From positions 1 through 52,184 of IMG/VR virus record IMGVR_UViG_3300036852_000533: DNA of 52,184 bases; one strand, given 5' to 3'. This DNA is from a virus. Lineage: Duplodnaviria; Caudoviricetes. Below, piece after piece: positions 44,356 through 52,184 of this stretch. Position numbers and translations under genes: made by a program. The notes beneath the pieces are model-generated. The model did no database searches and had not been told where the DNA came from. It saw only the letters and a program-made list of their open reading frames with translations. Each line of letters starts with the position of its first letter. Positions within the stretch are counted from its first letter, which is position 1.

Positions 44356-45329
44356 GCTGGGATTGTGAGCTTACCGTCGCCAAAGAAGATTGAAGCCGCC
44401 GGAAAACCACATGCGCCCTTGTGACCCCCACCACCGTACTTGGTCGCGATGGCTGACAAGTCCAAGTCCTTGCGATGCTGCGCGTGGTAGAGGCTGAACG
44501 TCCAGCCGCGCCCGTTGAAGAAGAACGCCATCAGCGCATCGTGCCCCGTTTCGGGAACATCGCACGCGGCGAAGGTCTGCGAGTTGCATCGAGCCGTCGT
44601 AAGCGCGAGGAACTTTAATCCCTCAAACTCCACGACAAAGCTCCGCGCCTTGACCATCGCGGCGTCGCGCGTCTTGTAGCACTGCATGGCCGAGCGACCT
44701 TCTTCAACGATTCGACCGGCTTCGTCGTAATCACGCACGCCATCACCCGATAAAAGTCGCGGCCAGTCAATTTCAGACTGGCTATCCAGTCCGAATTGGA
44801 AAGCGAGGCACGCCTGCCAATCCTCCAACCCATTCGATTGATCCCAAACATCGTACGTCCCGGCAAGCCGCACGGCGAGAGGTTCGGAAACTTTTCGGTC
44901 AACGAAGTCTTGCCTGGTTGGCAACTCGCTCAAGGGATGGCCGACTTTGTTCGCATGACACCAAACCCACATGAGCCGGCACGCGGCCACGCCGTCAATG
45001 CGGTAGCCTGGAATGTTGGCAGGATGTGATTCGATTGCGGTTTTGTGATGATCCAGCCAGTACCAGTCCGTCCAGTCAATCCAGTCGAATGGTTGTGGCA
45101 GCGTCTCCGGTTTTTTGAAATCTAATCCAAACACGCGATCAACCGGCAGGTCGAGCACGTAGATTTTACCGTCTGGAATGGTGAGCGGTTTGTCTGAGAA
45201 ATCCCAACCGATTAGTTCGGCGTCGGGCAGGAATTTGCGCGCGATTTCCGCACAGAATCGTCCGTCCCAATCCGCGTCATGATAGAACACTGTTGTTTGC
45301 ATGGAATCCTTTCCTGGTTTGTTTTTCAT
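44352..45329 (-). CDS. DHH/DHHA1-family phosphoesterase
   Basis: YHDADWDG, YVLD, WLDHHK and YGGGGHKGACGF; start reassigned to 45329 (alternative 45302). Confidence 0.88.
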   Translation of the reverse strand: MKNKPGKDSMQTTVFYHDADWDGRFCAEIARKFLPDAELIGWDFSDKPLTIPDGKIYVLDLPVDRVFGLDFKKPETLPQPFDWIDWTDWYWLDHHKTAIESHPANIPGYRIDGVAACRLMWVWCHANKVGHPLSELPTRQDFVDRKVSEPLAVRLAGTYDVWDQSNGLEDWQACLAFQFGLDSQSEIDWPRLLSGDGVRDYDEAGRIVEEGRSAMQCYKTRDAAMVKARSFVVEFEGLKFLALTTARCNSQTFAACDVPETGHDALMAFFFNGRGWTFSLYHAQHRKDLDLSAIATKYGGGGHKGACGFPAASIFFGDGKLTIPA

Positions 45330-45526
45330 GCCATGTATTTCGCGCCTTTCGTGGTCAGGTTCAGTCTCCGCGATCTCGAACGCAGGTTTCGCCGATACGC
45401 CAGACCTGCTTTTCCCAGTTCTTGAACGACGGCCTCGCTCGGAGAACAAATGAGGCCGGCAAGCAATTCTTTCATTGCCTGCAACGCCTCGGGAGACAGG
45501 GAATTTAAGCTCGTTTTCATTTTCAT
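45326..45526 (-). CDS. Small basic hypothetical protein
   Basis: ATGA-coupled in the replication operon. Confidence 0.5.
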   Translation of the reverse strand: MKMKTSLNSLSPEALQAMKELLAGLICSPSEAVVQELGKAGLAYRRNLRSRSRRLNLTTKGAKYMA

Positions 45527-45732
45527 GTTGGTGGTGTTTGGTTGCTTTGCTGGCCGGCGGGAAAGGCGTGCCATGCCACGGTTTCAATCGCCAAAAGTTC
45601 TTGTGGCGTCTTTGCCCCAAGCGCAATGACGTGCTGCCACAATTCGAGATTCCAAAGCTGCGCGAAGTCTCTGCGCGCCGCTTGCAACTGTTCCGCGCGA
45701 TGGGCTAGTTGTGATTCAGTCACGGGGCACAT
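45523..45732 (-). CDS. Small hypothetical protein
   Basis: Overlap-coupled downstream of the helicase gene. Confidence 0.5.
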   Translation of the reverse strand: MCPVTESQLAHRAEQLQAARRDFAQLWNLELWQHVIALGAKTPQELLAIETVAWHAFPAGQQSNQTPPT

Positions 45733-47005
45733 CCTCTCTGCTTATCTTCGAGCCGCCGAAAGCCAGTTCCTCGAACCTGCAGTACGATCGGTGGAACCCA
45801 ATTTCTTTCGAGTCGGTCGGCCCTTCGCGTTGTTTGGCGATAATAAGCTTCACGGTTGAAACCTCGTCCTTCGCGCCTTTGTCCGGGTGAAGGAAGCAAA
45901 CCACGTCGGCATCCTGTTCGATTTGTCCCGAGTCGCGCAGGTCGGACAGCGTTGGAATACGGTCCTCCTTCTCGACGGCGCGCGAGATTTGAGCCAGCGC
46001 GATAATCGGGATGCGATACCTGAGCGCCGCGAGTTGCAGTGCGCGGCTGACCTTGCCCACGTTCAGGAAATAATTTTCCTCGGAATCTTTCACGCCAACT
46101 TTTTGAAGATAGTCCACGACGGCGAGCACGGCCCCGGCCCGCACTTGCGCCCCAAGGTCGGCCAGAATTTCCGAAAGGTCGTAAAGTGTGTCCTGAATCA
46201 CAAGCTGGTGGGTTTTCAGGCGGTTGGTTTCTCGCCGGATGGAAAAAATCTGATCCTGAGTCAGTTCTTGGTTCTGGATGTCCTGACGCGACACTCTTGA
46301 TCGTCCCAGCACGAGCCGGCGAAGAAGTGATTTGCGCGGCATTTCTAGCGAGTAATAAACCACGCGCCCCTTCTCCGATACGACATCGGAAAGCTGGATT
46401 GCCAGCGCCGATTTACCATTAGACGGGCGTGCGGCAATGACGACCAGCGTGCCAGGGTGAAGTCCCAACGTCGCATTGTCAAACGTGGCCAGCCCGGTTC
46501 TCAACCCCCATGCGCTTTCAGGATTTTCGTATTCACTCTCGATGCTCGTGTACACCGCCTCGGCGTGGTCGTGCTGAGATGCGGTTGAGGTTTCTCCAAT
46601 GGCGTTGAGTTTGCCCGTCACTTCACTGACCTTGTGAGCCGTGGCGCCGGACTCCACAAGTTCTCGCAGTTCAGCCGCCAACCGGACGGCCCGGCGCTTG
46701 CGCTCCAATGCTTCCAAGTCTTTCAACCACTCCGGCCATTGATGAACGGAAGTCTGAGCGTTGAGAGCGAGATTCAGCGCCAGACCCCACTCAGGATGCG
46801 CGCGGTAGAGCCGATGCAGCCCAACCGTTTCAAGGTCGCACACGCCTTGGGCTATCTGGTCGCGCAGGAAATCGAACACCGACCGCGTGACGCCATCGTA
46901 AAACACGTCTGGCTGGATGGCGTTTGAAATGTCGGGCTTTTCGCACACGCAGGCCAGCAACGACCATTCGGTGCGCTCGTCATTGTCCGGTAGAGAATCG
47001 TTCAT
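45716..47005 (-). CDS. dnaB: Replicative DNA helicase (DnaB-like)
   Basis: VIAARPSNGKS, YSLEM, VVDYLQ, LAQISR, DLRDSGQIEQDAD, IIAKQREG. Confidence 0.95.
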   Translation of the reverse strand: MNDSLPDNDERTEWSLLACVCEKPDISNAIQPDVFYDGVTRSVFDFLRDQIAQGVCDLETVGLHRLYRAHPEWGLALNLALNAQTSVHQWPEWLKDLEALERKRRAVRLAAELRELVESGATAHKVSEVTGKLNAIGETSTASQHDHAEAVYTSIESEYENPESAWGLRTGLATFDNATLGLHPGTLVVIAARPSNGKSALAIQLSDVVSEKGRVVYYSLEMPRKSLLRRLVLGRSRVSRQDIQNQELTQDQIFSIRRETNRLKTHQLVIQDTLYDLSEILADLGAQVRAGAVLAVVDYLQKVGVKDSEENYFLNVGKVSRALQLAALRYRIPIIALAQISRAVEKEDRIPTLSDLRDSGQIEQDADVVCFLHPDKGAKDEVSTVKLIIAKQREGPTDSKEIGFHRSYCRFEELAFGGSKISREDVPRD

Positions 47006-47826
47006 GTGGCCTCCAATGCTCTGATTTTGCGCTGCAACTCGGCGCGGGTATCCGGCGCTGAAATCATGTCGTGTTCCTGTCGCAGCAGCGCCAACTGTTT
47101 CTCCTTGTTGGACGGCTCCGGCCTGCCGTTCTTTGAAAGTCTAAATTCCGGGTGTCCCCGATGCGTCTTGGCCTTCCACTGGTGTTGTTCGTTCTTCCAT
47201 CGGTTGCAGACGTGTTTAACCCAATCCACCCGAACCCCGGCCCCGTCAGCCCCGGAACGCTCATCCCACTTGTCGTACACCATGCGGCAGAAGTCCTCGG
47301 GGATGGCAGCGTTCATCGTCATGGCAAAAGCCTTCTTGAAATCAAAAATCTCGCGCCCTTCGCCCCCACCCCCATCCCCAGAAGCATGTACAAAAGCAGA
47401 AGCAGAAGCAGAGACAGCCGATGTAACGCTTGATGTGTTACGTAACGCTTTGTAACGCTGCTCATGCTTTTCCCTGTGTTTCCTAACCCTTTCCCTTGTG
47501 GCCGTTGCCTTTGGGTCATTGGATAGCCTTTCTCGGAACGACATGTAGTTGAGTATCAGCCATCCGTCGTCGAGTTGTTCGATTCTCCGGCCATCGTTGT
47601 CTGGGGTTCGTGATCGAGCATCCGGTTGTTGGAACTTGCTAACAGACTGCTCGCAATGTTCGAGGCTGACGCGGCTCTTTCCAGCCAGCCAGCCGACCGA
47701 ACCTCGAACGAATCCATCCGCATCCGCCAAAGCCAGGAGCGTGACCCACACCTTGCAGGTTTCCGGGGATTCCTCCCAAATGGAACTGTCAACGATGTCG
47801 CTGAAAAGTTTTACGTAGCCAGCCAT
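47002..47826 (-). CDS. Phage replication initiator protein
   Basis: YVKLFSDIVDSSIW..LLALADADG N-terminal domain; RERVRKHR; directly upstream of dnaB; internal iterons. Confidence 0.75.
   Translation of the reverse strand: MAGYVKLFSDIVDSSIWEESPETCKVWVTLLALADADGFVRGSVGWLAGKSRVSLEHCEQSVSKFQQPDARSRTPDNDGRRIEQLDDGWLILNYMSFRERLSNDPKATATRERVRKHREKHEQRYKALRNTSSVTSAVSASASAFVHASGDGGGGEGREIFDFKKAFAMTMNAAIPEDFCRMVYDKWDERSGADGAGVRVDWVKHVCNRWKNEQHQWKAKTHRGHPEFRLSKNGRPEPSNKEKQLALLRQEHDMISAPDTRAELQRKIRALEAT
47423..47459. repeat. Iteron-like repeats (candidate replication origin)
   Basis: GTAACGCT at 47423, 47442 and 47452, plus a GTTACGTAAC palindrome, inside the initiator gene. Confidence 0.55.
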
Positions 47827-47836
47827 CGCGTTATCC

Positions 47837-48010
47837 TTAAGCGCATAGGGATTCAACTCTCTGATACGCCTCGACGTAAATCGCATTGGCGAGCACCAAT
47901 TCTGATTCAGCTTTCGCCAATTCAGATTTCAAACGGTCAATCTTCTCGGTGAGTTCCACGCAGGCAATATCCGCATCAGTATGTTTGTCAAACAGGTCAT
48001 TCGGTTTCAT
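47837..48010 (-). CDS. 57-aa coiled-coil hypothetical protein
   Basis: MKPNDLFDKH...ESLCA, just upstream of the initiator RBS. Confidence 0.5.
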   Translation of the reverse strand: MKPNDLFDKHTDADIACVELTEKIDRLKSELAKAESELVLANAIYVEAYQRVESLCA

Positions 48011-48222
48011 GGTTCAAACGCTCAAAACCACCGTCGCTGCGTTGAGATGTCGCAGTGGCCGGCTCGCGCAGGCTCTTTGGCAAGGTCACAACGACGGCGG
48101 TTTTGAATTTTCGGAAGTTCACGATCACGCACTGCTTACGGCCAAATCTCAAAATGGCCTGTCGGACTTCCGCCCGACGCCCGCGACTTTCCAATACGGC
48201 GGAGGGGGTGTCAATGAAATTC

Positions 48223-48825
48223 TTATGGGAGAGTGCTTTTTCTGTAAGCCCTCAGTTCTTTCAGAACACCCGGCGCAAGCCGCTTGTACACGAAGTTATT
48301 CGTGTAGTGGCCAATCACGGACGGCCTTTGCGTCACTGGGTCGAACGGCCAACGGTTCAACCTGAAAATCTGTTCGTAAAATTCCAGCGGGAAGGTTCGT
48401 GTCCATGCTTGTAGCTCTTGGGCGATGAACTTCTCAAGAATCTCTGCCAGCGCAAGCTTTGCCCGTTCCCGCTGGTAGCCAGTCGCCTCATCAATTAACG
48501 CGATAATGCCGATGCGAGCCAAACCGCGAACGAGGATTTCACAAGACTTGGCGAACTTGATTTGGTTAGCTCGCAGAATGTCTTGTTCGCGGGCTTTCAG
48601 ATAGATTTCGCAGACTTGTGGCAAAATCTCAGCGTTGTACCCCCATGCGCGTTGTCCGGTTGGAAGCCGGAATTGGATAGGCTTTGTCGAAGCGGCCAAC
48701 TCATTGCTAACAAGAGGTTTAAGGTTCTCAGAGTCGAAAAGAGGGCTACCTTTTTCGAGCGGGTCAAAATCAGCGGAACCACGACCGGCAGCGGGCTTTC
48801 CAGAACGTCCGATGGCTTCCAACAC
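48223..48825 (-). pseudogene. P63C-domain protein, apparently truncated at both ends
   Basis: RGLARIGIIALIDEATGYQ..ILEKFIAQEL..W..TFP.EFY..IFRL..IGHYTN..VY.RLAPGVL.EL; stops right after this motif and has no clear start. Confidence 0.55.
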
Positions 48826-49770
48826 ATTCAGCCCTCACAAGACCCGATGGGTGCATTGCTGTTTGCATTGACGTTGACCAAATGGGGAAGGATTGGGCAG
48901 AAAGAGTTGTCACCAAGTTCTTCCTGCCACAATCCGGCGTGGACGCAATCAAACGGAACCCAGAAGGGTCTAAGTTTGAGTTTTCCTGTTTCGCCTCACC
49001 CTGAAACCCTCACCCTTGCGGAACTGTCGGGCTTTCCCTGTGAATGGGTCAACGACATGCTCTTGACCGCTTTTGATGAACGCTCTTGCCGTTCTGGTTT
49101 CGCTTCGGACCTTTGCCTTATCTTCCATAACCGCTATCTCCACTGTCCACTGGTTTCAGCGCGTCCTTCATGGACACACCGCGCCTTAAAAAGGCGACCA
49201 GCGCGGTTATCGTGGGGTTTGAATTCCTGCCTCTTGCAACTTTATGAAATCAAATTAGGACACTGCCGCGCTGTGAAAAGCTGGATGCACCTCTTCCTTT
49301 CCGCCGGAATTGACACCTCAAGGTCGTGCAAAATCATCACTGGTTTTGTATCCAATCGGTCAATGTATGTCAAACTCCAATCTACACGTTCCTACATTTG
49401 TTACTTTTCGTGTATAACTCAGAGGCAGAGGCAGAAAGAGGAGCGTTACCAGATTCTCATGACACGACCGAACCGATCTTTTCGCTTACATCGAAAACTT
49501 TCCAAAAATCCAGCGCGGTCAAAGTAGGGGTGTCACGTACAACCATCCTCGCGCGCAGCGGGGGTATGGGTGGGCACCGTGGGGACGGGTCGGGAGAAAA
49601 AGAATGCTTTAGCTAGCTGGAATTAGTACATGCACAATATCAATTATGTTTAGTTGCGTCGCAACGCAGACTTCAGAGAGCCGGCCCAATGAACGCACCG
49701 ATTGCCAACCCTGACGCGATGCCCGATTTTGCGATGACCGTCAACGCGGTGGTCATTCGCACACACAAGT

Positions 49771-50202
49771 TCAAACTGCCGGCTCTGGCATGGATGCAGA
49801 CTGGCTCTGCGCTGGGCTGGCTACAGGTTGTGGCTCTGCCGGCCTGATCGTGCCTTGGACTTGCTTCACTGGCTTCGCTGGCTTCGCTGGCGTTGGACGG
49901 TGAGAGCCTGGCAAGGGACGGCCAGCGAGGATTCGCTCTTGTTCGCTCAGGCGTGTTTGTGCGTCCGTCAAGTCTCTGAGCTTGCGCGAGTCCAGCCTCG
50001 GCCGTTCAAGCTCGTCTGTGATCGCCTTGGCAACAAGGTCTAATTGACCGCGCGTGCGTGCAAGACATTTGTCCTGGTAGTCGGTTGACGGGTCTTGAAC
50101 GAGTGTTTCAATCGTTTGGCGAGCTTGCTCCTCCCGTTCAAATCTCAGGCGAGCGGATTTACGCCCCATTTCGGCGGCATTTTCAACGGTGAATTTGGCC
50201 AT
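49771..50202 (-). CDS. Candidate terminase small subunit / DNA-binding protein
   Basis: FT.ENAAEMGRK N-terminus and helical body resemble small-terminase-like proteins; weak call. Confidence 0.4.
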   Translation of the reverse strand: MAKFTVENAAEMGRKSARLRFEREEQARQTIETLVQDPSTDYQDKCLARTRGQLDLVAKAITDELERPRLDSRKLRDLTDAQTRLSEQERILAGRPLPGSHRPTPAKPAKPVKQVQGTIRPAEPQPVASPAQSQSASMPEPAV

Positions 50203-50535
50203 GCGTAAAGCGTTGATAAGCTCGCAACTGTGCAAAGTCAACCGCGTTTGCTATAGCAGAACGAGATTTTGCTGGGTTTGTGCGGAAAACATTGGAGTTT
50301 TAGCGGAAGAATAGACCCGGGGCGTACCAGTGGAAACCCCGGGTGTTGCGTTGGTAGTTCCCCCGGTGCTCTGATTCGGGTTTGCCCCGGGTTGTGTGCT
50401 CAGTTCATTGATGTATTGTGGGCATGTGAGCAGAGACAGACATTTAGATCCCATCAGGCGATGCAACCCTTGGACTCTGCTCACACTTAGCCCGGATGCG
50501 CGCTTGGTGGGGTCTTTCAACAACAAAAGAAAAAA

Positions 50536-50859
50536 ATGACAACTGAAACACTCACGGACCTCGCCAACGAAGGAACTAGCCAGCGGAACATGGGCTGGCT
50601 GCAACTGACCATCTCGACCGGCGATTCAACGCGCCAACTGACCAACGCTCTCAAGGAGCAGGGCTGGATGAAGATGCAACCACGGTTGTGGATACGCCCG
50701 TGCGTCCGGTTTGGAACACAGTCTGAGCACCTCGCCCGGCTGAAAGACCATGTGCCCTACGCTGCCAATCTCCGAGTCATATTCATAACGGACAAGCAGT
50801 GGACCGACTCCGTGACGCTCGTGGGGCCAAATTTTGTACTGCCCTCGAAGGGCCAGTAA
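50536..50859 (+). CDS. Orphan Cas2-like protein (type II-like)
   Basis: LKEQGWMKMQPRLWIRPC...EHLARLKDHVP..ANLRVIFITDKQW...LVG aligns by eye with the type II Cas2 pattern L..DGF.M.Q.SVY.R.C...H..R....LP..G.VR...ITDKQF; the N-terminal FD acidic residue is absent. Confidence 0.7.
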   Translation: MTTETLTDLANEGTSQRNMGWLQLTISTGDSTRQLTNALKEQGWMKMQPRLWIRPCVRFGTQSEHLARLKDHVPYAANLRVIFITDKQWTDSVTLVGPNFVLPSKGQ

Positions 50860-50876
50860 CCCAACGAACAAATAAT

Positions 50877-51062
50877 ATGAAACGCACCGAACTCCAATCC
50901 AAAATCGAAGCCACCGACCGCGAAGTGAGCAAGCTGCGCGAAGAGCGCGCCGCGCTGCCAAAGAATGATGACAGTCTCGCTGCGCGCCGGCTTGACACCG
51001 AGATCGAAGAAGGTCTGAGATGCATCGCTGAACTCAACGATCGAAAGGAAGCGACCTCATGA
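50877..51062 (+). CDS. Small coiled-coil early protein
   Basis: ATG at 50877; coupled to the next gene. Confidence 0.6.
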   Translation: MKRTELQSKIEATDREVSKLREERAALPKNDDSLAARRLDTEIEEGLRCIAELNDRKEATS

Positions 51063-51469
51063 AAACCACCATAACCCCCCGCGCCGACGCGGTTAAGCCG
51101 ATTGCGCCCGTCATGCCCGACAACGAAGACGCGCAGGAGCTTTTGCGCGATCATCCGGCGTTTCGGAAGGATGAACCTTACACGCTCAGTCAAATCATGG
51201 CGAACTTCGAGCTAATGAAGCGCACCACGGATGCGGAATGGTGCCGATGGTTCGCTGAATCGGTGATCGAACGAGGCATTGAGGAGAGTCCAACGCTTTT
51301 AGCGGCGCTGGAGCTAGATATGGCCTTTCACCGCCGGCTATTTGCCATCACCAGCCTTCCCGACTTCAAGGCGGCTGGCTATATCGGGAGCGGGGACGCC
51401 AACGACATGCGCGACTTTCTGTTCGGGCTCAAGCGATCCGCCATCGCCAAAGCGAAAGGCCAGCCATGA
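51059..51469 (+). CDS. Hypothetical early protein
   Basis: SPTLLAALE...AIAKAKG C-terminal motif common in phage early genes. Confidence 0.7.
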   Translation: MKTTITPRADAVKPIAPVMPDNEDAQELLRDHPAFRKDEPYTLSQIMANFELMKRTTDAEWCRWFAESVIERGIEESPTLLAALELDMAFHRRLFAITSLPDFKAAGYIGSGDANDMRDFLFGLKRSAIAKAKGQP

Positions 51470-51663
51470 CCGTCTGCATACATTGGGCACTCCTCGCCAT
51501 CCTGCTGATCGGTTACTCAGGTTCGATTCTGGCGGCTTTGCTGATTGTAGCCGGTCAAGACGGGGTTGGACCGGTAAAAATGACTGGAATCAAGCGCAGC
51601 GCACGGCGCGGGGCATTTCCTCAACTGTCGAGACTCAATCCAAACATCATAATTCACGCATGA
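51466..51663 (+). CDS. Small membrane protein
   Basis: N-terminal hydrophobic segment; ATGA overlaps. Confidence 0.5.
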   Translation: MTVCIHWALLAILLIGYSGSILAALLIVAGQDGVGPVKMTGIKRSARRGAFPQLSRLNPNIIIHA

Positions 51664-51932
51664 ACAAATCCGCTTCACTACTCGGGCGAATCGTCCGTAG
51701 AGTCTTTGGGCCTGACGCTCCACCACCGGGCTACACTATCGAGACTGACGGCAATCATTTTCGCTGGCGCGATAAAAATTACACAAGCTCGATTGACCGT
51801 CCTAGCTATCGAGCGGCGTGCAAAGCGGCATGGCGCTCTGAAATAGACAAACAATGGGCGCGCGAACGAGAGGCAAGGGTTTGGCGCATCGTGAAAGAGC
51901 ATGAACAAACGCGCACACAACTACTACGTTAG
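51660..51932 (+). CDS. Hypothetical early protein
   Basis: ATG at 51660 with ATGA overlap. Confidence 0.55.
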   Translation: MNKSASLLGRIVRRVFGPDAPPPGYTIETDGNHFRWRDKNYTSSIDRPSYRAACKAAWRSEIDKQWAREREARVWRIVKEHEQTRTQLLR

Positions 51933-52083
51933 CTTCTCCGCGACCACCGTTCAGGTGGAGGCTGGAAGTTACGACATGGCCGAATTCAAGGCGCGCTTGG
52001 AATTGAAGGACTCGGCGCGCTGCACCGGCGTTGTTGACCAGGGGGAAGCTGATGACAGGGGGGGAGATTCCATCGAGGATTAA
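51901..52083 (+). CDS. Small hypothetical early protein
   Basis: Stops 2 nt before the ATG that corresponds to position 29 across the circular junction. Confidence 0.55.
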   Translation: MNKRAHNYYVSFSATTVQVEAGSYDMAEFKARLELKDSARCTGVVDQGEADDRGGDSIED

Positions 52084-52184
52084 AAATGAAAACTGAAATT
52101 AAAGACGGCGGCCCAGCGTTCCCGCTTTGCACCCTCAATCCGTCGGACGGAACCAAGTTTCTCTGGCAACAGGGAATGACCCTG
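52058..52184 (+). repeat. Terminal direct repeat, copy 2
   Basis: Identical to 1-127. Confidence 0.95.

Larger units (their letters stand above)
1..52057. mobile_element. Complete circular-mapping tailed phage genome (podovirus-like organisation)
   Basis: Terminal 127-bp overlap; TerL, portal-, capsid- and tail-tubular-like genes, DnaB, ERF and RecE-like genes; no host housekeeping genes; no long tape-measure or sheath gene recognised. Confidence 0.93.

Noticed and set aside
49731-49760. Hairpin with the GA/TTC bulge as another attC
   Set aside because: Lacks correctly spaced AAC and GTT cores and is isolated from the array
52058-52184. 127-bp terminal repeat as a biological direct terminal repeat
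   Set aside because: The length matches a common assembler k-mer and it cuts through a gene; it indicates circular assembly, not virion ends
1-52184. tRNA or rRNA genes
   Set aside because: No cloverleaf with convincing D and T loops was recognised by eye; tRNAscan-SE was not run

Overview
The window is an apparently complete, circularly assembled ~52.06 kb tailed dsDNA phage genome; bases 1-127 are repeated at 52058-52184. It has a podovirus-like structural block on the minus strand (portal, scaffold, major capsid, tail tubular and ejection-like proteins), TerL, a replication block (initiator, DnaB, DHH, RuvC-like) and an early plus-strand block (ERF SSAP, RecE-like exonuclease). The standout feature is a complete phage-encoded integron: an IntI-type tyrosine recombinase (10627-11601) with the integron-specific insertion, a candidate attI just upstream, and 7 intact plus several decayed attC hairpins between small early genes. 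Unusually, every cassette ORF is antisense to the attC polarity, many start codons lie inside the attC loops, and the attI-proximal cassette carries a promoter pointing into intI. Other highlights are an orphan, apparently non-catalytic type II Cas2 homologue as the first early gene, a holin-lipoprotein fusion moron, glycosyltransferases and GroES in the head module, and signal-peptide-bearing late proteins. A Verrucomicrobia-like host is a weak inference. All family calls are by eye from motifs; no database searches were run.
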